From an uncultured Verrucomicrobiota bacterium (GTDB taxonomy: Bacteria > Verrucomicrobiota > Verrucomicrobiia > Limisphaerales > UBA8199): DNA of 64,000 bases. How positions within the stretch are numbered: position 1 is the stretch's first letter; each line of letters opens with the position of its first letter. This document shows positions 8,469 to 16,333 of the stretch, one piece after another. The position numbers and the translations under genes were made by a program. The stretch spans positions 5,622,779 to 5,686,778 of the forward strand of contig OW818681.1 of NCBI GenBank assembly GCA_942493075.1. Direction: 5' to 3'. Under the pieces are notes generated by a model, which was given only the letters and a program-made list of their open reading frames with translations, had not been told where the DNA came from and did not search any database.

Positions 8469-9796
8469 TGTTGAACGGATGTTAACTCGGGCGCATGAGT
8501 CCGGTTCAGGCTGGCGCGACGCAACTCGGTGCTGGCAGCTTCCAAGCCGACTTTCCATTGGAGGTGTTCTTTACGCCATTTCGCCATCTCCAAGACCGCT
8601 TTTAGGCTGGGGGTGGCCGGGTTTGGCACCTCATTGCTGCGTTCCAGAACCTTTTTATAGTAGTCGGCTGCGTTAACAGGCTGATCCAGATGCTCATAGA
8701 TCAGGCCAACCTGATAAAGCACAGGGATTTGCCACGTCACACTCTTATCGAGGGCGGCGAGTGTTTGAAACACATCCAGGGCCTTAAGGAAATCACCTTC
8801 GCGATACAACTGGTTACCAATATCATTACCCGTTTTCTGCTGCCAATAGACCAAAGTGGCCCGGTCGCTGGTCTGTTGTTGCTTCAGGAGCAGCAATACC
8901 TGCTCAAGCGATTCGTCGTTGCGTCCCAACTGTTTATAAGCTGAGGCGGTTAGGAACCGCAATTCCGGCAACTCGGGCGCTTCGGGATACAGGTTGAAGA
9001 ACTCCTGGGCACGAGCGGTCACGTCTTGATAGCGCCCTTGGGCGGCAAGGGCTTGCACCAGCTTCATCAAAACCCGGGGCCGGTTAAGCGATTTGGAGTC
9101 GGACTTAAGCAGCTTGGCGAGGGACTGCTCGGCCTCACCTGTTTTCCCTTGAATGATCTGAGTATCAGCGATTTCCGTTTGTGCTTGGAGCACCAGTCTT
9201 TGGTAAAAATCGAATCGATCGTTTTTGATGACCAGGGAAGTGGTCATCACCGCGTAGAATTTGGTGAGAGCCATCTGGAAGAGGCCCATCTCCCGATAGA
9301 GCATACCCTGGCGAAAAAGAATCTCCGGAACGTCCGCATCCTGGGGCCACTTGGCTACGTACTGGGCGTAAATCTGCTGGCATCGGGGAAAATCTTTCTC
9401 GTCCAGAGCAATAAGCGCCAACTCAAGCAGGGCGGTTTTCTGCATGGCTTCAGGAACTCCCATCTCCAGGAGCCCAATGAAACCGCGTTTCGCTTCCTTA
9501 TTCTGCTTATCCAGACGCTGTTTACGGGCCAGATCCAACTGGATCTGGGCCATTTCCTCTGGGCTGCGCTGAGCACTCGGAACTTCTGGTGCCAAGAGGT
9601 TGGAGGAATTGAAAGACGAAGAGGACGCCTCCAACGTTGGATGGCGGGAGGCGACGGGTGTCTTCACACCCAGAGCAGGAGTAGCGAATGCCACAGCCTC
9701 ACCGGCCACGGCAGCACTAACCGCCGTAGCGAGTAAAGCAATGAGCAAAAGCAACTTAGCTTTGCCCAGGTTTTCACCTGGATGGTACATCATCAT
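8465..9796 (-). CDS. secreted tetratricopeptide-repeat (TPR) protein
   Basis: 443 aa. Signal peptide (KAKLLLLIALLATAVSAAVA). Repeated 34-aa A/Y/L-patterned helices (e.g. 'YQVGLIYEHLDQPVNAADYYKKVLE'). ATGA overlaps at both ends imply an operon. Confidence 0.7.
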   Translation of the reverse strand: MMMYHPGENLGKAKLLLLIALLATAVSAAVAGEAVAFATPALGVKTPVASRHPTLEASSSSFNSSNLLAPEVPSAQRSPEEMAQIQLDLARKQRLDKQNKEAKRGFIGLLEMGVPEAMQKTALLELALIALDEKDFPRCQQIYAQYVAKWPQDADVPEILFRQGMLYREMGLFQMALTKFYAVMTTSLVIKNDRFDFYQRLVLQAQTEIADTQIIQGKTGEAEQSLAKLLKSDSKSLNRPRVLMKLVQALAAQGRYQDVTARAQEFFNLYPEAPELPELRFLTASAYKQLGRNDESLEQVLLLLKQQQTSDRATLVYWQQKTGNDIGNQLYREGDFLKALDVFQTLAALDKSVTWQIPVLYQVGLIYEHLDQPVNAADYYKKVLERSNEVPNPATPSLKAVLEMAKWRKEHLQWKVGLEAASTELRRASLNRTHAPELTSVQQ

Positions 9797-10332
9797 GGAT
9801 CGATTAAACGATAGGTTGCCCGACTACCCGACCGGACCGGGGGCAACGGCGGCATAAAGGCAGGAGCTCCCAGGCTATTAGTAGCTTTAGGGCCTGCGCT
9901 CGAACCGTTTCTGAGTAAATCGAGGAGCATTTGCGCCGTTATTGTCGGTTGACTAACCTGAGCAGCAGTGTTGGTGCCAAAAAGTGCTGAATCCCAATTC
10001 TGTCCATCCAAATCCAACGGCTGGGTCTCTGTGGGGTTCGGCCCAATTTGACCCGGGGAAGGGTCTGCTGGAGCGCTGGCCAATTCCTGGACAGACGACT
10101 GGGTATTGGCGTTGTCTATGACTGCGGACGCAGTAAGCGCCGGAGAAGGCAGAGTTAGCGCGGCAAGCAGGGCTGGGGAGGCCGATTGCAGAGGCGCACG
10201 GAAACGCAATGAAGCCGGTTCACCTACAGTGAGATATGGCCTGGAGCCTGCCTGGCAATCCAGGGTAGCCACCACGAGCAGAGCAACGCACGTAAGTCTC
10301 TCAATTTCAAGCTGGTGCCAAGTTTTTGCCAT
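9793..10332 (-). CDS. hypothetical secreted Pro/Ala/Ser-rich protein
   Basis: 179 aa. N-terminal hydrophobic signal (LTCVALLVVATLDCQA) followed by low-complexity sequence. It overlaps the upstream gene by 26 nt and the downstream gene by 4 nt. No family recognised. Confidence 0.5.
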   Translation of the reverse strand: MAKTWHQLEIERLTCVALLVVATLDCQAGSRPYLTVGEPASLRFRAPLQSASPALLAALTLPSPALTASAVIDNANTQSSVQELASAPADPSPGQIGPNPTETQPLDLDGQNWDSALFGTNTAAQVSQPTITAQMLLDLLRNGSSAGPKATNSLGAPAFMPPLPPVRSGSRATYRLIDP

Positions 10333-11452
10333 TTAAATTGTCCAAGGCATCCGCGATCGTGCTAACGAACTGCCAATCCTTGGTCTCTTCGTAGTTTTTG
10401 CACTCGCGACAGACGGCCTCTGAGCCGATCATGGCGCAGCGAATGTCCAATTCTTGGCACAACTGTATCGTACTGAGACCCAGTTTGATCAAGGTGACAT
10501 CCGCAGATTTTAGCTGGCTTAAATCCAGCACTAACTTGGACAGCCCGGAATCGACTGCCTCGCACACCTTCGCCCGCAGGTTGATCGATACATCGTTGGC
10601 AACCGTCGGACCGAAGTTGGCAGGCAACCGCATAACCAGGCAGTTTTCCTGGCGCTGGAAGTACTTATAAGAAGTGTCCAGATTCAGGGCACGGGTGATC
10701 TTAAGCTTAAGATCCTCCATATCGATGGGCTTAGTGACAATTCCCGTGAAACCGAGCTGCTGAGCCCGCGCCTGTTCATCCGTGGCTGTTTTCACGCTCA
10801 TTGCCAAAATGGGTATGCTCTTGGTCTTCACGCTCGCGCGGAACATCTGGTAGAGCATAAAACCAGCGCTCTCCGGCAGAGATAGACTGACGAGAATGAC
10901 GTCCGGCAAGCGCTGGCTGCAATGATCCACGGCTTGGCCAGCCTGGGAGAGACCATGAACACTCCAGGGCGTCTCAGCAAATCCTGAAGAGATTTGATCG
11001 AGAATCACCGGCTTATCATCCACCACCAGGATGTGGAGAGGATCGTCAAAACGGCGTGCCTTAACCACAGCCTCGTTCTTCGCCTTGAGATCAATAATGC
11101 GGCCAACCCGCTCGATGATAATCTCCTCCTTGAAAGGCTTGATGAGATAGTCGCGCACACCGAGTTTGGCGATGCGCAGCACATTCTCGCGGCCGGATTC
11201 AGCCGTGAGCATGACGACAGGGATGCTGCGGAAATCTGGCTCACTCTTGAGCTTGGTCAGCATCTCCGCGCCATCCATTACAGGCATCGTGTAGTCGAGA
11301 ATGATAATGTCCGGCTTTTCCCGTTTAACAATCGCGAGGCCTTCGACGCCGTCGGCGGCTTCCAGGATCTCACAAGCAAACGGCTTGAAAGCGCGGGCGA
11401 CGATCATTCGGATCGTCTTGCTGTCATCAACGGTAAGAATCTTAGGTCCCAT
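10307..11452 (-). CDS. response regulator: canonical REC + degenerate REC (Asp->Ser) + C-terminal STAS (anti-sigma-antagonist-like) domain
   Basis: REC1 has DD (VDDS), acceptor D53 in 'IIILDYTMP', T in 'MLTAE' and K in 'LIKPF'. REC2 (aa ~139-255) keeps DD and K but has 'VILVSLSLP', with Ser189 (codon 10886-10888) at the acceptor position. Residues ~262-372 ('LVLDLSQLKSADVTLIKLGLS') look like a STAS/SpoIIAA fold. Confidence 0.85.
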   Translation of the reverse strand: MGPKILTVDDSKTIRMIVARAFKPFACEILEAADGVEGLAIVKREKPDIIILDYTMPVMDGAEMLTKLKSEPDFRSIPVVMLTAESGRENVLRIAKLGVRDYLIKPFKEEIIIERVGRIIDLKAKNEAVVKARRFDDPLHILVVDDKPVILDQISSGFAETPWSVHGLSQAGQAVDHCSQRLPDVILVSLSLPESAGFMLYQMFRASVKTKSIPILAMSVKTATDEQARAQQLGFTGIVTKPIDMEDLKLKITRALNLDTSYKYFQRQENCLVMRLPANFGPTVANDVSINLRAKVCEAVDSGLSKLVLDLSQLKSADVTLIKLGLSTIQLCQELDIRCAMIGSEAVCRECKNYEETKDWQFVSTIADALDNLNGKNLAPA

Positions 11453-11475
11453 AGAAACAAAGGGAATACTGGGTG

Positions 11476-12018
11476 TTAATGGGTGGAATTGCTTTTGACG
11501 AGCAGTTCCACAATGAGCCGCCGGTTCTGGAATTGATAGGCATACAGCCGACTTTCTGTTGAGCTGACCGCCTCAATAGAGAAATTACAGCCGCGCACCA
11601 CTGAAGGAATGGTGAGCACACAGGGAACGCCGCGATCAGAAAAGCGCGATTTCATATGGCCAACAATCATGTTCGCCATTTCGCCCATGGCATCGTTGAC
11701 CATTTCGTGGCCTTCGATCTCGCTCTCAGGCAAGCCGAGCAACTGGGCAGTGATATGTTTAGCAAAAGGCTCCGGCACATGGATATAAACGACACCGGCG
11801 ATCTGGCCGATAAAGCCAACGGCGCCAGCCACGTGGGTTTCTCCGTTGCGGTGATCTCCATCCGCCACAGAACCACAGCTCAAGTTCATATTGAGCATCG
11901 TGCCGAACACTTCTGTTACGGCTGAATTCACCAAAGCATCTATGTCCTGGAACATTGCGCATGGTTCATCGGCTGGAACTTTGGCTGACTTAAGCAAAAA
12001 AACGGGCTGGGCAAACAT
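11476..12018 (-). CDS. cheX: CheX-family CheY-P phosphatase
   Basis: 'AVTEVFGTMLNM', 'AGAVGFIGQIAGVVYI' and 'NDAMGEMANMIVG' match the CheX/CheC-like pattern (E-x2-N type motif 'GEMANM'). The true start may be ATG 11955 (MFQDIDALV). Confidence 0.75.
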   Translation of the reverse strand: MFAQPVFLLKSAKVPADEPCAMFQDIDALVNSAVTEVFGTMLNMNLSCGSVADGDHRNGETHVAGAVGFIGQIAGVVYIHVPEPFAKHITAQLLGLPESEIEGHEMVNDAMGEMANMIVGHMKSRFSDRGVPCVLTIPSVVRGCNFSIEAVSSTESRLYAYQFQNRRLIVELLVKSNSTH

Positions 12019-12092
12019 TTCTCCCTTAACAGACCTCGCGGTGGCAAAAAAAAGTTAAGCCGGGTGCCATTCTGTCGATATCCAAGCAACCT

Positions 12093-13004
12093 ATGGACAT
12101 TTTGGTCAAAACTTGGCAATGCAAACCGTTAGAGCACGGGATCATTGCCGATCGTTTGCAGGGTTGTGCCAGGCTCCCCTCACTGGGGAGCATCGACCGT
12201 GTTTTACGCGAGTTGGTTAACGCCGAGCAATGCTTCACCTCCCAGGTAGCCGACGTTATCCGTCGTGATCCGAGTATGACCACCCGGCTGCTCCGCCTGG
12301 TCAACTCTGTTTACTTTGGACTGGCTGTGCCGGTTAGCAGCATTGAAGATGCGGTTTTCTATCTCGGCGTCCGGCAGGTCCGGCAGCTCGCGATGGTGAC
12401 CCCAGTCATCGAAGATCTTCAAAAACTGGGATGTGGGCCTCAATTCACATGGCATGCCTTCTGGCAGCACTGTGTCGGGGTAGCGATTCTGACCCCCGAA
12501 ATCCTCGGGGATGTGCAAAGCTCAACTGACGAGACGGATTATGTCTCAGGCCTGCTACACGACGTGGGTAAGATCGTCATGGGCGCCATTTTTCCACAGC
12601 ACTTCGGCGAAATCCGGGAAGCGGTCGAATCCAGCCGCCGCTGCCTGCTGGAGATCGAGTCAGATGTCCTGGGAATGAATCATTGCGATTTGGGTGCGAT
12701 GTACCTGCGCAACCACCATCTGCCCACCGTGACCATAAAAGTCGCGCAGTATCATCATCAGCCGGAATTGGCCGGTGAACAGCGTCGCTACGTGGCAGCG
12801 GTGCAGATTGCAGACCTGCTGGTCCGCCAGGCCGGAATTGGCGACAGTGGCAACCCCATTTGTGAGGGTGAAGAAAACTCCAGCGCTGCGAGCGGCTGGA
12901 AAATACTATTTCCCCAGAATACCGAGCAGGAGCGTGCCATGGCACAGGCGAACCTGGATCGGAGTCTGGAGCGGCTGCCAGCCATACTTGAAGGGCTGGT
13001 ATAA
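12093..13004 (+). CDS. HDOD domain protein
   Basis: 'LPSLGSIDRVLRELVNAEQCFTSQVADVIRRDPSMTTRLLRLVNSVYFG' followed by 'GLLHDVGKIVM' and 'HCDLGAMYL' is the HDOD signature (HD-related output domain). Confidence 0.8.
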   Translation: MDILVKTWQCKPLEHGIIADRLQGCARLPSLGSIDRVLRELVNAEQCFTSQVADVIRRDPSMTTRLLRLVNSVYFGLAVPVSSIEDAVFYLGVRQVRQLAMVTPVIEDLQKLGCGPQFTWHAFWQHCVGVAILTPEILGDVQSSTDETDYVSGLLHDVGKIVMGAIFPQHFGEIREAVESSRRCLLEIESDVLGMNHCDLGAMYLRNHHLPTVTIKVAQYHHQPELAGEQRRYVAAVQIADLLVRQAGIGDSGNPICEGEENSSAASGWKILFPQNTEQERAMAQANLDRSLERLPAILEGLV

Positions 13005-13040
13005 GCGCCGCGGGTTTAGTGAAGTTTAAATTGAGGCAAC

Positions 13041-13862
13041 ATGCGTACCGTCAGTGATGATCAATCAGCAATACAGTATATTATTGATCTAATATACGAA
13101 CGTTCACGCATCCGACTCCACGAGGGGAAGGAGCCTTTAATCAGGGCACGTCTGGGCAAACGCATGCGCTTGCATGGCTATGCGAGTCTGGGAGAATACT
13201 GCGCTTTCCTGCAACACGGCGCCGATGAAGACGAAATCGGCCACGTCGTGGACGCTCTCACCACGAATTTCACACACTTCCTGCGAGAAGAGGATCAGCT
13301 CCGGTTTCTGGTTGAGAAAGCACTGCCGAGCCGCCCGGGGGCTGCGTCGCGAAAATTCAGCATCTGGAGCGCCGGGTGCGCCACCGGGGAAGAGCCTTAC
13401 AGCATGACTTTTTTCCTGGATGAGTTCTTTCCTCTCAGCCAGGGCTGGAATTGGAACATCCTGGCCACTGACATCTCCACGCGGGCTTTAAAAACAGCGG
13501 AAAGCGGCGTGTACGCCGCCGAAAAACTGAAAAGCCTGTCGGACTCGTGGGTGCGTAAATACTTTCAAAAGGGGCACGGCGCCTCTGAGGGCCTGTTCCG
13601 GGTGAAACCCTATCTGCGCGAGCGCATCCATTTCCGCCAGGAAAACCTGACAGGCGAGCATCCGGGCAGCGACCAGTTTGATGTGATTTTCTGCCGTAAC
13701 GTGATGATCTACTTTGATCGTCAAACTCAGCATAAGCTGGTGAACCATTTGTGCCGGTACCTAGCTCCTGAGGGATACCTGCTGATAGGCCATTCGGAGA
13801 GCCTGACAGGTGTGACCGCGCCCTTGCGCTGTCTGCGGCCCAGTTTCTTTCAGAAGACGTAA
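13041..13862 (+). CDS. cheR: chemotaxis protein methyltransferase CheR
   Basis: 'LTTNFTHFLRE', the SAM-binding motif 'IWSAGCATGEEPYS', and 'FDVIFCRNVMIYFD'. Confidence 0.9.
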   Translation: MRTVSDDQSAIQYIIDLIYERSRIRLHEGKEPLIRARLGKRMRLHGYASLGEYCAFLQHGADEDEIGHVVDALTTNFTHFLREEDQLRFLVEKALPSRPGAASRKFSIWSAGCATGEEPYSMTFFLDEFFPLSQGWNWNILATDISTRALKTAESGVYAAEKLKSLSDSWVRKYFQKGHGASEGLFRVKPYLRERIHFRQENLTGEHPGSDQFDVIFCRNVMIYFDRQTQHKLVNHLCRYLAPEGYLLIGHSESLTGVTAPLRCLRPSFFQKT

Positions 13863-13865
13863 ACC

Positions 13866-14378
13866 ATGCCAGCCCCTAGTTTAACCGGGTTCGAACATAA
13901 AGTGGTGGTAGGTGTGGGGGATATGGCGGTGTCCAATAACCCGGACCTGACATTAGTGACGTATTCCCTGGGGTCCTGCCTGGGGATAGTGATTTTTGAC
14001 CCAGTGGCGCGGGTGGGTGGTCTGCTGCATGTTATGCTGCCGGATTCAACCATCGATACGGCGAAAGCCGAAGCGCGACCGGGAATGTTTGTCGACACGG
14101 GGGTGCCGGCGCTATTTCGCGCGGCCTACCAGCTTCGAGCCGACAAACGGCGGGTGCGCATTTATGTAATCGGCGGGGCGCAGATTATGGATAACAGCGG
14201 TTTCTTTAACATTGGGAAGCGCAATTGCGAAGCGCTGGACGCTTTGCTTGCGCAGCACCAGTTGGCTGTCACCGCCAAGGAGATCGGCGGTTTGCAAAAC
14301 CGCACCGTTTTTTTCCGTCTCAACACAGGCCAGGTAACCTTGAAAATGTCCGGTCAGCAAACTGAAGTTCCGTTATGA
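13866..14378 (+). CDS. cheD: chemoreceptor glutamine deamidase CheD
   Basis: 'LVTYSLGSCLGIVIFDPVARVGGLLHVMLP' contains the catalytic Cys and His context of CheD. The gene starts 3 nt after the cheR stop. Confidence 0.85.
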   Translation: MPAPSLTGFEHKVVVGVGDMAVSNNPDLTLVTYSLGSCLGIVIFDPVARVGGLLHVMLPDSTIDTAKAEARPGMFVDTGVPALFRAAYQLRADKRRVRIYVIGGAQIMDNSGFFNIGKRNCEALDALLAQHQLAVTAKEIGGLQNRTVFFRLNTGQVTLKMSGQQTEVPL

Positions 14379-15220
14379 ATCTTTTGGACGAAATCATCGA
14401 CAAGGCTACCTATCTGCCCGCGTTTCCAAGAAATGTTCCCCAACTCCTGGATTTGCTCAACAAAGAGGAAGTGGATGCGGACGAGGTGGTGAACCTGATT
14501 GCCTTTGACCCTTCCCTCACCGCCAACGTGATGCGGCTGTGCAATAGCGCGATGATGGGTGGCTCGCCGGCAACTGATTTGCACGAAGCCGTTCTGCGCC
14601 TGGGGTTCTCCGAGGTTTACCAACTCGTGGTGGCCTTGAGCAGCGCCAAAGTGCTCATGCCCGCTCAAAAGGGTTATGGCCTGGATGCCACAGAGCTTTG
14701 GCAGCACTCGGTAGCCACCGCGCTCGCGGCCAAATCGCTTGCGGAACAAACCGGGGAGGATGCCAGCCTGCTCTTCACAGCCGGCCTCTTGCACGACATC
14801 GGCAAGGTGGTTCTCGCACATACCCTGGAATCCAAATACACAGCTTTGCTGGCGGAAATCACCGAACATCAGCATTCGCTGCTTGAAGCCGAGAAAAACC
14901 TCCTGGGGGTTCAGCACGCCGAACTCGGCGGCAGGGTCCTGGCCCGCTGGCATTTCTCAGCCGTCACAGTCGCGGCCGTCTGGTTTCATCATGATCCCGC
15001 GCTGGCTAAACCTCACGCGCGCATCGCGTCTCACGTGTACCTGGCCAACATGATCGCACATTTCATGGGACACGGTTACGGTCACATGCCCTTTGCGATG
15101 CGTGGACGGGAGGAAGCCCTTGAACTGGCCGGCATCACGACACATGACTTGCCGCGTCACATGTTAAACACTTTCGAGTCCCTCGAGAAGCTCAACGGGC
15201 TTGTCTATTTGGGAAGTTGA
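14375..15220 (+). CDS. HDOD domain protein (second copy, inside che operon)
   Basis: 'LPAFPRNVPQLLDLLNKEEVDADEVVNLIAFDPSLTANVMRLCNSAMMG', 'GLLHDIGKVVL' and 'HAELGGRVL'. The start overlaps the cheD stop in ATGA (14375-14378). Confidence 0.8.
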   Translation: MNLLDEIIDKATYLPAFPRNVPQLLDLLNKEEVDADEVVNLIAFDPSLTANVMRLCNSAMMGGSPATDLHEAVLRLGFSEVYQLVVALSSAKVLMPAQKGYGLDATELWQHSVATALAAKSLAEQTGEDASLLFTAGLLHDIGKVVLAHTLESKYTALLAEITEHQHSLLEAEKNLLGVQHAELGGRVLARWHFSAVTVAAVWFHHDPALAKPHARIASHVYLANMIAHFMGHGYGHMPFAMRGREEALELAGITTHDLPRHMLNTFESLEKLNGLVYLGS

Positions 15221-15223
15221 CTT

Positions 15224-16333
15224 ATGTCGAAGCCCATTCGCGTATTGATCGTTGACGACTCGGCTCTGGTCCGCCAGGTGCTCTCTCGCTCGCTCTCGCA
15301 CTTCGCGGATATCGAGGTCATCGGCACCGCCATGGACCCTTACGTGGCCCGAGACAAAATTCTGCAACTTGAGCCGGACGTTATCACGCTGGACATCGAG
15401 ATGCCACGAATGGATGGGATCACCTTCCTGCGCTTGCTCATGAAGCATCGACCGATGCCGGTAATCATCATGAGTTCCCTGACTGCCGCCGGGTCGAGCA
15501 AGGCCTTGGAAGCGCTGCGCTCAGGAGCCATCGAGGTTTTGGAGAAGCCCCGCGGCTCAATGTCTGTCTTCGAAGACAACGAAAGGCTTGCGGAGGTTAT
15601 TCGCGCAGCAGCCCGATCCCGTCCGCCGGTTCCTGAACCTGAGCCGGAGTCCGCAGTGGCCATTCAGCATCGACCGCTTTCCGAATCGGCACGGCGGAAC
15701 TATAATCCGCGCCAACTCATTCTGATGGGTGCCTCAACCGGTGGCACGGAAGCCTTGCGCAAGGTGCTGACGCAATTGCCAGGCGATTTGCCGGGCATCT
15801 GTATTGTGCAACACATCCCAGCCCAGTTCTCGGCTGCGTTTGCGCAACGTTTGAACGAGGTATGCCAGATGGAAGTGCGCGAGGCGCGCTCGGGCGATAC
15901 GGTGGAACCAGGCTTGGCTCTGGTAGCTCCCGGTGGGAGTCATCTTCTCCTTCAACGGAAAGGCGCCGGTTACGGGGTCATCCTTAACGAAGGTCCGCGC
16001 GTGCATTACCAGCGTCCTGCTGTGGATGTTCTCTATAACTCAGCCGAAAAACTCGGTGCCGCGCCCCACTGCCTGGCTGTCCTCCTGACGGGCATGGGAG
16101 CCGATGGCGCCGCCGGCATGCTCGGCTTGCGCAAAGCCGGGGCCGTTACCCTCGCGCAGGACGAGGCCAGTTGCGTTGTTTACGGGATGCCCAAAGAAGC
16201 AGCCCGAATGGGGGCGGTGCAACAAGTCGTGTCGCTGACCGACATGCCAAAGGCAATTGAGCATCATTGCCGCGCCATACAAACCCGCGTTCCCGGTCAA
16301 TTTCAAGCTCAGCAAACCCAATCCGCGATATGA
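15224..16333 (+). CDS. cheB: protein-glutamate methylesterase CheB (REC + methylesterase)
   Basis: REC domain 'IRVLIVDDS...VITLDIEMPRMDG'. Catalytic domain 'LILMGASTGGTEAL', 'IVQHIP' and 'GADGAAGMLGLRKAGAVTLAQDEASCVVYGMP'. Confidence 0.9.
   Translation: MSKPIRVLIVDDSALVRQVLSRSLSHFADIEVIGTAMDPYVARDKILQLEPDVITLDIEMPRMDGITFLRLLMKHRPMPVIIMSSLTAAGSSKALEALRSGAIEVLEKPRGSMSVFEDNERLAEVIRAAARSRPPVPEPEPESAVAIQHRPLSESARRNYNPRQLILMGASTGGTEALRKVLTQLPGDLPGICIVQHIPAQFSAAFAQRLNEVCQMEVREARSGDTVEPGLALVAPGGSHLLLQRKGAGYGVILNEGPRVHYQRPAVDVLYNSAEKLGAAPHCLAVLLTGMGADGAAGMLGLRKAGAVTLAQDEASCVVYGMPKEAARMGAVQQVVSLTDMPKAIEHHCRAIQTRVPGQFQAQQTQSAI

Noticed and set aside
12019-12092. Sigma54 (-24 GG / -12 GC) promoter in the che divergent control region: TGGCAAAAAAAAGTTAAGC on the + strand and TGGCACCCGGCTTAAC on the - strand.
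   Set aside because: Both have the TGGCA(C) -24 half, but at the correct spacing they lack the TTGC -12 element (GTTA and TTAA instead). That is insufficient to call.
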